Assembly (NCBI GenBank): GCA_028686985.1 | Contig: JAQUBA010000003.1 | Span: 16,267-80,266, forward strand | Length of the DNA: 64,000 bases | Origin: Candidatus Iainarchaeum sp. | GTDB taxonomy: Archaea > Micrarchaeota > Micrarchaeia > Anstonellales > Bilamarchaeaceae | Direction of reading: 5' to 3' | Shown: piece after piece, positions 57,248-64,000 of the stretch | How positions within the stretch are numbered: position 1 is the stretch's first letter | Layout of the letters: the number at the start of each line of letters is the position of its first letter | Program-made: the position numbers and the translations under genes | Notes under the pieces: model-generated | What the model was told of the DNA's origin: nothing | Seen by the model: the letters and a program-made list of their open reading frames with translations, nothing else | The model's database searches: none

Positions 57248-57487
57248 GCTGATGCCCCGCTTGGGGCATTTCGGTTATCCTGGAAAGGATGTGTCCGTTA
57301 CGGCCTCTAACAGGCGGTCGCCCAAGAATGCGGTGTCTGGACTATAGCTCACCGCAGGAAACCCCTGCTTGCTATGCTCGTCGCGGCGCGAAGGAGATAA
57401 CCTCTAAAACGAACGAATGGGCAAGGAACGTAATCCGTAGTCGTTTGAGGAACTCTTTCACCGAGTCCAGAAGGCAGTGGCATCAGC
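57248..57487 (+). ncRNA. Candidate structured RNA of about 240 nt (class undetermined), or a long structured leader of the downstream micro-ORF
   Basis: 5' GCUGAUGCC (57248-57256) is perfectly complementary to GGCAUCAGC (57479-57487). Further nested pairings are possible: 57270-74/57461-65 and 57283-88/57454-59. Internal hairpin GCGGUG-N14-CACCGC at 57330-57355. The 350-nt region has no credible CDS. Confidence 0.35.
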
Positions 57488-57520
57488 TAATCCGGCAAGG
57501 AATCCGGCAAGGTGAAATTA

Positions 57521-57676
57521 ATGGTGAAGAAGAAGTCCAGCAGAAAGGCCAGAAAGCCCCCTAGAAAACTAATCAGGAAAAAGGCGCCCAGGAAAAACAA
57601 AGAACGGGGCCCGAGCGGCAAGAAAAAGACCTCCAAAGTGCGCAAGATACTGAAATGGCTCAGGCTGGGGAGATAG
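57521..57676 (+). CDS. Polybasic micro-protein (51 aa)
   Basis: MVKKKSSRKARKPPRKLIRKKAPRKNKERGPSGKKKTSKVRKILKWLRLGR. AGGTGA Shine-Dalgarno ends 5 nt upstream of the ATG. Too short for the ORF track. Confidence 0.4.
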   Translation: MVKKKSSRKARKPPRKLIRKKAPRKNKERGPSGKKKTSKVRKILKWLRLGR

Positions 57677-57681
57677 CCGCC

Positions 57682-58311
57682 TCATTTCAGGACTTTTCCA
57701 GTTTTCATCTGCCATAAATAGAGGTCCAGCTCCCCCTGGCTCATCTTCGCCTTTTTCGCAATCCCATCCAGGATTTTCTCCATCTCCAGGTACCTTTTCC
57801 TCCCCAGAGCTTTCGGAATCTCTTGTATGTACCCATACTTATGCAATACGGAAAGTATGTGCCGGTCTATTATCGCCAAATCAAAATAGCCGAGGTTCCG
57901 CAGGAAGTGGCTCGCCTCCTTCCATCCCAATCCCTTCACATTTTCCACGAGCCATTCCCTCATCTCTTTCTGCCCCTTTCCCTCCAGCCCCTTCTTCACC
58001 CTCTTCCCGCGCGCCTCCACGATGAACCTCCCGCGCATGTTGTAGAAGCGGTGCCCCAGCTCCTTCAGCCGTGCAATCAGCTCTTTTTCCGGAAGCCCGC
58101 AAAATCCCTCCGCGCCCAGCGCGTCCTGTATCCGCATGCCCCCATGCGCCGTGTAATTCGCGGTGAGTATGCAAAAACATAATTCCGAGAACCATCTCTC
58201 CTCGCCGCCCTCCCCGGCCTCGGAAAATTCGCGCAGCCGCCGCTCAACCACTCCCTGCACGGGGCTTCCCCTCGCCCTTTCCAGTTCCGCAAACAGCTCT
58301 TCTTTCCCCAC
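57682..58311 (-). CDS. ogg: 8-oxoguanine DNA glycosylase/AP lyase, archaeal Ogg2 type (GTG start)
   Basis: FSELCFCILTANYTA, HRFYNMRGRFIVEAR and VKGLGWKEASHFLRNLGYFDLAIIDRHIL. About 210 aa from the GTG at 58311. The 321-aa track ORF has no in-frame ATG in the right place, and its N-terminus overlaps the ferritin-like gene. Confidence 0.8.
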   Translation of the reverse strand: MGKEELFAELERARGSPVQGVVERRLREFSEAGEGGEERWFSELCFCILTANYTAHGGMRIQDALGAEGFCGLPEKELIARLKELGHRFYNMRGRFIVEARGKRVKKGLEGKGQKEMREWLVENVKGLGWKEASHFLRNLGYFDLAIIDRHILSVLHKYGYIQEIPKALGRKRYLEMEKILDGIAKKAKMSQGELDLYLWQMKTGKVLK

Positions 58312-58366
58312 AATGCACCCCAGTTCGGTTTTCGTACCGTACCATTTATGAATATTGCAGGGTTTA

Positions 58367-58819
58367 ATGCACCCGGTGGTTTTTGTGGCAAAAGCGAAGC
58401 TGATCGAATTGCTGAACAAGGGGCTTGAGCTGGAGCACCAGGCGGAGGCGCAATACCTCAGCCACGCCACGCTCCTCACCGGGGAAACCGCGGACACAAT
58501 CGCGGCGCGCCTCACGGAGATTGCGGGCGACGAGCACAAGCACGCGGGGATGTTCAGGGACTGCCTTGAAATCCTTGATGCGGCGCCGTCCATAAAGATG
58601 CACGAAGGGCATCCGGCCACTGGCACGATGAACATCCTGAAGGCCAACCTGAAGGACGAGAGGGACGCCGTGGACTTCTACCGCACCATAGTCGCGGAGC
58701 TGAACAACAGCAGGGCGGAGCTGCCTTACGAATACGAATTCATAGAGCACAAGCTGAGGCACGTCATAATGGACGAGGAGGAGCACGCGCTTGAGATTAG
58801 GACGCTGCTCGGCGAATAA
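58367..58819 (+). CDS. Ferritin-like diiron-carboxylate protein (bacterioferritin/Dps-like fold)
   Basis: Two E..ExxH-type motifs: LELEHQAEAQY...GDEHKHAGMF and LKDERDAVDFY...MDEEEHALEI. The track start at 58355 is TTG; the ATG at 58367 or the GTG at 58385 is the likely start. Confidence 0.75.
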   Translation: MHPVVFVAKAKLIELLNKGLELEHQAEAQYLSHATLLTGETADTIAARLTEIAGDEHKHAGMFRDCLEILDAAPSIKMHEGHPATGTMNILKANLKDERDAVDFYRTIVAELNNSRAELPYEYEFIEHKLRHVIMDEEEHALEIRTLLGE

Positions 58820-59935
58820 TCAGGCGCGGGCAAAAACCCTCGCCGTGTTCTGCGCCGGATTGAAGCCGCCCAGCTTTCCTTCCTGTTTTTTTAATTCGTC
58901 TATCCCAGTGATGGGGAAATCGCTCCCATAGATGAGCTTGCGGGCCAGATGCTTCTTCCCCAGCCCGAGCGCCCTCAGCCCGGCCCTGTATAGGCACCGC
59001 CTTTCCTTGTCCAGAGTGTCCCTGGCCCTGGAGAAACCGAACTGCGCCCTGTCCCCGAAGTAATAATTTCTGCATTCGCATTCCCCGTAGGCGCCCGCAG
59101 GCCTGTCCCCCGTCCAGAGCAGCCCGCCCATGTCCCCATAAACATTTGGGTATCTGCTGACCATCTCCAGCGCGTGCTCAAAATGCCTTACCATAATCCC
59201 CTGCCCTGCCCAATAATTGACTGCCGCCATGTCGGGGGTCCCCATGTGCGCGAGCACAATCCTCAGGTCCGGGTGCCTTTCCGCGACAGGCATGAGCCGC
59301 GCGGGGTCGGCCGCCTCCGTATCCCCCCTCACCATCATGGTCTGTAAAAGCCCGGTGTGCGTTACGAGCACCGCGCCCATGTCCCCCATTATGGAATACA
59401 TTCTTCCCAGCTCGCCCGCCCCCAGCTTTGCCGGGTCGAAATTCTGGGCAAGCGGATCTAACTTCACAACCGGCCTCCAGCCGTTCCGCAGCCGTTCATT
59501 CAGGCCCGCCAGTTCCGACAATTTATTGTACAGCCTCAACGCAGCATCCTCCCTGTTGGGGTCCACGCTCACCGCGCCGATTATCGTGTCCGGGAATGCT
59601 TCAACAAGGCGCATAACCTCCTTATGGGTGGGCGTCGGGGACTTCGGATAATCTATCGGAAGCAGGACCAGCTTTTCCGGATGCTCCCCGCCCGTCTTCG
59701 CGCGGTAGAGCTTCTCCACCACGTGCGGCAAAGGCGGGAAGCCCAGAGACCTGAGAGCGCCCACAATTTCCAGGATTAATCTATTTCCATCATATTCGGG
59801 ATGCTCGCGTATAAGGTCCGCCAGCGTCTTCCCCCTATAATCCAGGTTCACCCATGGGCATGAGTCCCTCCCAAGAGAGCGGTCTTCCCCGTTTTCCGGC
59901 TTTGCAAAATGCACGTGCCCGTCCATCAGCACCAT
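58820..59935 (-). CDS. Amidohydrolase-superfamily metal-dependent hydrolase (TIM barrel)
   Basis: MDGHVHF (HxH), VLVTHTG, IVLAHMG and YGSDFPI match the metal-ligand pattern of amidohydrolase_2-type enzymes. Confidence 0.65.
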   Translation of the reverse strand: MVLMDGHVHFAKPENGEDRSLGRDSCPWVNLDYRGKTLADLIREHPEYDGNRLILEIVGALRSLGFPPLPHVVEKLYRAKTGGEHPEKLVLLPIDYPKSPTPTHKEVMRLVEAFPDTIIGAVSVDPNREDAALRLYNKLSELAGLNERLRNGWRPVVKLDPLAQNFDPAKLGAGELGRMYSIMGDMGAVLVTHTGLLQTMMVRGDTEAADPARLMPVAERHPDLRIVLAHMGTPDMAAVNYWAGQGIMVRHFEHALEMVSRYPNVYGDMGGLLWTGDRPAGAYGECECRNYYFGDRAQFGFSRARDTLDKERRCLYRAGLRALGLGKKHLARKLIYGSDFPITGIDELKKQEGKLGGFNPAQNTARVFARA

Positions 59936-59967
59936 GAAAATATATTGCTAGCGACTATTTTTATTCC

Positions 59968-61263
59968 TTATTCCCCCAGCACCTTCGCAATTTCTTTCAG
60001 CACCGGCGCGATCTCCTTAGCATCATACGAATAGCTCACATGCACTAGCGGCCTGTGGATGTGCAAGAGACCTTCCAAATTCATCGGCGTTCCCGAAACC
60101 ACATAATCCACCTTCAATTTCTTTATAGTCTCCGTCAGCTCGCGCATCTGCTTATCCGAGTACCCCATCGCAGGAAGCACATGCTTGCAGTGCGGATATT
60201 TCTTGTATGTCTCTTTTATGGAGCCCACCGCATATTTGAAAGGCGAGACAATCTTCGCCCCTGCCCTCTTCGCGGCCACCCATCCGGCGCCGTAGGGCAT
60301 CCCCCCATGCGTTACCGTGGGCCCGTCTTCTATGATTGCAACCCGCTTGCCTTTTATTTTTCCGTCTATTTTCGGGACGATATCCGCCCTCACTATCTTC
60401 GCCTTTGGATTCACTTTCTCCGCATTCTCCTCCACCAGTTTCGCGCCCTTCCGGTTCTGCGAATATTTGCTTATCACTATTATGTCCGCCATGCGGAAAT
60501 TCACTTCACCCGGATAATACTGCAATTCATTTCCCGCACGCAGCGCATCCGCAACCACAATCAGCAAGTCCGGCTTGTAGAATGGAAAATCGTTGTTCCC
60601 GCCGTCCCATAGGACATATTGGTGCTCCTTCTCCGCGGCCCTCAGTATCTTCTCATAATCAACTCCCGCCCACACAATCGCCCCGTTCGCAATATGCCCT
60701 TCATACTCCTCCCTTTCCTCTATGGTGCATTTCGCCTCATCCAAATCCTTCATCGTCTCAAAGCGCTGCACCTCCTGCTTGACCAATTCGCCGTACGGCA
60801 TCGGGTGCCGTATTATCGCAAGCTTCCTCCCATATTTTTTGGAGAGCATCTTGGAAAGCGGGCTCTTCCCCGCCCCGGTGCGCGTGGCGCAGACCGCCAC
60901 CAGCTTCTTCGTGCTCTTCACCATCGTTTCCCGCGGCCCCAGGAGCACATAGCTCGCCCCAGCCGCCATGGACCTGCACGCGAGGTGCATCACCTGCTCG
61001 TGCGAAACGTCCGAATAGGAAAAGGCGCACTCGTCCACACCCTTGCTTTTGATTAGCTCCTCCAATCTATTTTCAGAATAGATGGGAATCCCGTTAGGAT
61101 ATAGCACGCCCGCAATCTCATGGGGGTATTTCCTTTCTTCTATGCCCGGAATCTGCGCGGCGGTGAAGCCCACCACCTCGTAATTCGGGTTAGCCCTGTA
61201 AAACACGTTGAAGTTGTGGAAGTCCCTGCCCGCCGCCCCGATAATAAGGATTTTCCTTCTCAT
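59968..61263 (-). CDS. COG2403-like P-loop NTPase (family annotated as predicted GTPase / cyclic 2,3-diphosphoglycerate synthetase-like)
   Basis: N-terminal Rossmann-like KILIIGAAGRDFHNF, P-loop AVCATRTGAGKSPLS, 431 aa. Family assignment is from memory of the architecture and was not searched. Confidence 0.55.
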   Translation of the reverse strand: MRRKILIIGAAGRDFHNFNVFYRANPNYEVVGFTAAQIPGIEERKYPHEIAGVLYPNGIPIYSENRLEELIKSKGVDECAFSYSDVSHEQVMHLACRSMAAGASYVLLGPRETMVKSTKKLVAVCATRTGAGKSPLSKMLSKKYGRKLAIIRHPMPYGELVKQEVQRFETMKDLDEAKCTIEEREEYEGHIANGAIVWAGVDYEKILRAAEKEHQYVLWDGGNNDFPFYKPDLLIVVADALRAGNELQYYPGEVNFRMADIIVISKYSQNRKGAKLVEENAEKVNPKAKIVRADIVPKIDGKIKGKRVAIIEDGPTVTHGGMPYGAGWVAAKRAGAKIVSPFKYAVGSIKETYKKYPHCKHVLPAMGYSDKQMRELTETIKKLKVDYVVSGTPMNLEGLLHIHRPLVHVSYSYDAKEIAPVLKEIAKVLGE

Positions 61264-61299
61264 GGGTGCAATAGCCGGGAGAAGGTATAAAAATGCCGG

Positions 61300-62967
61300 C
61301 TATCCGCCGCCGTTTCCCCCGCCTCTTCCCTTCGCCCGCCTCGCCCTGTCCGCTTCCCTCTGTGCCCTCTCCTCCCCGGGAAGCAGCGCCACGCCCCTCC
61401 TCCTCCTTATCTTCTCCAGAATCCTCGCAACCTCCGCCCCCCGCCCTTCCTCACCAAGGGAAATGGGGGTGGCATCATCCGCCTCGCTGCCCCCGCCTGC
61501 CGTTTTTTTGGAAGGCGAAATCCTGGCGACCTGGGCTGTAGAGCTCACATACCTCCTGAATATCTCCTCGGTCCTCGGGTTGAGGGGCTTCGGGTTCAGG
61601 TACCTGGATATCGCATTATTTATCCTCCCGTCCCGCTCATCCTTCCCCCTCTCCAGCATGGGGAGCAGCTTGCCCAGGATCTCCCCGACCATCATCGCCT
61701 CCATCCTCACCTCGGGGTCCGCGTGCTTCCTGTCCGCCCCCAGCCTCTCCAGGTCCTCGGGCCTGAAATGCCATCTGGCCTCCGCCCGCCTCCCCGTCCT
61801 CAGCCGCTCGTACCAGTCCCCGAGGAGCAGCTTGATGCCCTTCAGCCCGTACATCTTCCTCTCCTTCTGCTGTTCGTATCCCGGGTTGCCCATCTCAGGG
61901 AGCATCCCGACTGCCGCGTTCATCAGCTTGCCCTGGCACTTGGCCCTGGGCACCGGCAATTCCTGCAGGACTGCCTGGTGGAACATCCATAGCGCGTTCT
62001 CCCTCTGCGCCGCCTGGAGCGCCCTCCTGCCCGGCCCGGCGACCAGCGTCCCAACAATCTTGACCATGTGGTCCTCCTCCAGCTTCGCCCCCTTCCCCAT
62101 CGCTGAAACGAAACACCTCTTGGCCGCATCGGTAAGCATCCTGCTGGCCAGCAGGATTTCGCTGTCAAGCATGAACCCCAGAAGCGAGCCGATTGCGCGC
62201 GAATCCGAGGCGAACATCCCGGCATTTCCAAGTATCCTTGCCTTCTCGTCCGCCGGAACGTTGCTGTTCTCCAGCACCGCCCTGGGCGAACCCCTTAGCA
62301 TGAGCTCAAAAACCTCATGTGCGCGTATCGCGTGCTCCCCCTCCGCGAGCATGGCCCCCACCATGGAAATCTGGGCATCGGTCATCGCGACCCCGTGTGA
62401 ATCCAGCTCCTTATATGTGGCGAGCGCGGCATCAAAAACATCCGACCTGCAGGCACCCTCGTCCAGCATGAACCTTACCAGCACGTCCACCTTTGCCGTG
62501 CCAGCAAGGAAAAAGGACACGTCCTTCACTATGGCCATTTTGCGTTTGTGGTCTTCCGGGCTACTGTCCGGGTTTAGGAGGAATCCCGACAGCTTCTCTA
62601 GCTCCAGTTCATCCGCAGCCTTTTCCGCAGCCTCCAGGATGTTCTTCGCCCTGGTCCGGGCGGCGGTTTTTTCCCCATCCGCCTTTGCCGCCTGCCTTAC
62701 AAATTCCAGGTCGCCCGCGCCCAGCAGATTTCCCGCCTCAAGATATCCCATGAGGTTTCCCATTGCCGCGTTGTACAGCCCCATATCCGTACTTTTGCAC
62801 GAGATTACCCACCTTACAAGCGCGCCCATGCATGCAGGGCTGGATGAAAACAAGGAATCCCCGAGCAGCATCCCCGCCTCTGCCATGTCCGTGGCCGGGT
62901 CCGAGACGATGCGCAGGACCTCCCTCACAATTCCAGGAATGTCTTCCCCTTCCGCCATTTTTACCAT
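61300..62967 (-). CDS. Large alpha-helical orphan protein with a basic Arg/Gly-rich C-terminal tail
   Basis: 555 aa with normal composition. The overlapping 597-aa plus-strand ORF is Ser/Pro/Leu-rich antisense junk. No motif recognised. Confidence 0.55.
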   Translation of the reverse strand: MVKMAEGEDIPGIVREVLRIVSDPATDMAEAGMLLGDSLFSSSPACMGALVRWVISCKSTDMGLYNAAMGNLMGYLEAGNLLGAGDLEFVRQAAKADGEKTAARTRAKNILEAAEKAADELELEKLSGFLLNPDSSPEDHKRKMAIVKDVSFFLAGTAKVDVLVRFMLDEGACRSDVFDAALATYKELDSHGVAMTDAQISMVGAMLAEGEHAIRAHEVFELMLRGSPRAVLENSNVPADEKARILGNAGMFASDSRAIGSLLGFMLDSEILLASRMLTDAAKRCFVSAMGKGAKLEEDHMVKIVGTLVAGPGRRALQAAQRENALWMFHQAVLQELPVPRAKCQGKLMNAAVGMLPEMGNPGYEQQKERKMYGLKGIKLLLGDWYERLRTGRRAEARWHFRPEDLERLGADRKHADPEVRMEAMMVGEILGKLLPMLERGKDERDGRINNAISRYLNPKPLNPRTEEIFRRYVSSTAQVARISPSKKTAGGGSEADDATPISLGEEGRGAEVARILEKIRRRRGVALLPGEERAQREADRARRAKGRGGGNGGG

Positions 62968-63056
62968 TCATATTATGCAGGAAAAGGTTTTTAAGGGTTA
63001 GAAAGTGTGCATTAATGTTTTATAAACTCATTCCCACATCATTCTAACGGATTTTC

Positions 63057-64000
63057 ATGCCACAAAAAGGGATTCCCGGCGCGGAGGGCAGGCCCGCCCC
63101 AGCCGCAAATGCGGCACAGCGCGCCTCCGGGCCAAGGAACCGCGCATGGCTTGCAGCCTTCCTGAAAGGGCAGGGCCTGGGGCCATCGGCCCGAATTGAC
63201 GCCTGCTATGGGCTGGACACGTTTGAGCGCGCGTCCAGGGGGGACCCCCAGAGCATGGATGCGATGGCGAAGATTTCCGAACGCGCCGCCTCCCACGGCG
63301 CGGAGGCGCTGAAAACCTTCATTTCGGGCATGTGTGACATCTCGGTTACAACGCGCGGCACCGGCCCAATCAACGAGGTGATGGCAGTGCTCAGCCATCT
63401 TCTGGGGCTCGCAAAGGCGGCGGGTTCCTCCCAGGAGGATGTTTGCGGCGCCCTCAAGGCGGCTTTTTCAAGCATTAAGGCCATCACAAAGAGGGTGAAG
63501 GAACAGAAATCGCTTGAGAATGTGTTCGAGCCGCTGTATTCGCTCCAGGACGTCCCGCAGGCATTGCGATACATGGAGCAGCTGGCTTCGGGGAAAACGG
63601 CTGCGCCCTGCCCGGGCCAAAGCCCGCCCGCGGATGCGCGCGGGCAGCTGTTCTCCATGATTGAAAAACACATCCTCGCGCAGGGAAAGGCAAACGGGGC
63701 CGCGCCCCACGAAATCTCCGGGGCGGTGCTGCTGGCCCGCGAGAAGATTGCGTTTATTTCCGAATCCGTGAGGGACCCCGCCGTGATGGGCGGGATATGC
63801 GATGCCGCAACCAGGCTTGAGAGCATCTTTTTCGTCTCCAGATATCTCGCATACATGGCCTACGCCTCGCAGGCAATAGGCGCCGCAATCCCAAGCGAAC
63901 ACACCCTCCTGAGGCAGGCGAAAGCTGTGGGGCAGAATGCGGCGAGGGGCCAGTTGTACGCGGAATATCTCATCTCGCGGCTTGCCGGAGAGCTTGAGAA
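63057..64000 (+). CDS. Alpha-helical orphan protein, partial (runs off the window), divergent from 61300..62967
   Basis: Absent from the track (no stop in the window). Manual translation from the ATG at 63057 stays open to 64000: MPQKGIPGAEGRPAP...LYAEYLISRLAGELE. TATA-like GTTTTATAAAC lies about 35 nt upstream. Confidence 0.5.
   Translation, partial: MPQKGIPGAEGRPAPAANAAQRASGPRNRAWLAAFLKGQGLGPSARIDACYGLDTFERASRGDPQSMDAMAKISERAASHGAEALKTFISGMCDISVTTRGTGPINEVMAVLSHLLGLAKAAGSSQEDVCGALKAAFSSIKAITKRVKEQKSLENVFEPLYSLQDVPQALRYMEQLASGKTAAPCPGQSPPADARGQLFSMIEKHILAQGKANGAAPHEISGAVLLAREKIAFISESVRDPAVMGGICDAATRLESIFFVSRYLAYMAYASQAIGAAIPSEHTLLRQAKAVGQNAARGQLYAEYLISRLAGELE

Noticed and set aside
57248-57487. 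Calling the candidate RNA RNase P RNA or SRP RNA
   Set aside because: Only loose similarity to CR-I/CR-IV/V-like or helix-8-like strings.
The helix order I could build does not fit the RNase P P1-P2-P3-P4 topology.
The SRP GGAA/AGCA helix 8 signature is absent. Class is left undetermined.
57289-57564. 91-aa ORF inside the long intergenic region
   Set aside because: It has no ribosome-binding site and an odd Arg/Cys/Gln-rich composition. It also overlaps the better-supported, SD-preceded micro-ORF in another frame.
The region is better explained as RNA or leader.
58312-58647. N-terminal 112 aa of track ORF 57682..58647 (ogg)
   Set aside because: Cys/Ser/Ala-rich sequence antisense to the ferritin-like gene.
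Ogg2 enzymes are about 200-210 aa, so the GTG at 58311 was chosen.
61208-63001. 597-aa plus-strand ORF, the longest unassigned ORF in this part of the track
   Set aside because: Composition is Ser/Pro/Leu/Ala-rich and low-complexity, typical of the antisense frame of a GC-rich gene.
The overlapping minus-strand ORF 61300..62967 has balanced composition with Glu/Lys/Asp and a sensible promoter, so it is taken as the real gene.

Overview
High-GC (about 60%) archaeal chromosomal segment. It is densely coding (about 60 genes), with short intergenic spacers that often carry TATA boxes 25-40 nt upstream of start codons. Archaeal assignment rests on these markers: class I CCA-adding enzyme, ribosomal protein S8e, KEOPS subunit Cgi121, archaeal-type PEP carboxylase, split transketolase, archaeal apgM, mevalonate kinase, family B DNA polymerase, Ogg2-type glycosylase and a class III (prepilin-like) signal peptide pilin. 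DNA gyrase points to a euryarchaeal or DPANN-like lineage; this is inference, and no 16S is present. The content is mostly core housekeeping: gyrBA, polB, metG, a non-oxidative pentose-phosphate operon, ppcA, mvk, apgM, nth and ogg. Interleaved with it is a large set of secreted or surface proteins: a beta-helix giant, CARDB/COG1361 and CarboxypepD_reg-like proteins, and four lipobox proteins. There is also a PadR-MacB-type ABC operon and an Epd/Tad-like type IV pilus operon. By eye I found no rRNA, tRNA, CRISPR array, transposase, integrase or intein. The best candidate for something undescribed is the pilus operon at 35.7-42.9 kb. It carries two uncharacterised cytoplasmic proteins and is divergently paired with a polyproline-linked protein made of four winged-helix-like modules (42.9-44.6 kb), and the operon's first gene carries the same module. 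Secondary candidates are duplicated polybasic micro-ORFs (one ending in CCCC), a promoter-equipped structured RNA candidate at 57.25-57.49 kb, a protein made of three tandem excisionase-type HTH repeats just upstream of polB, and a frameshifted gyrB. Many long ORFs in the supplied track are antisense shadow ORFs typical of high-GC DNA and were rejected.
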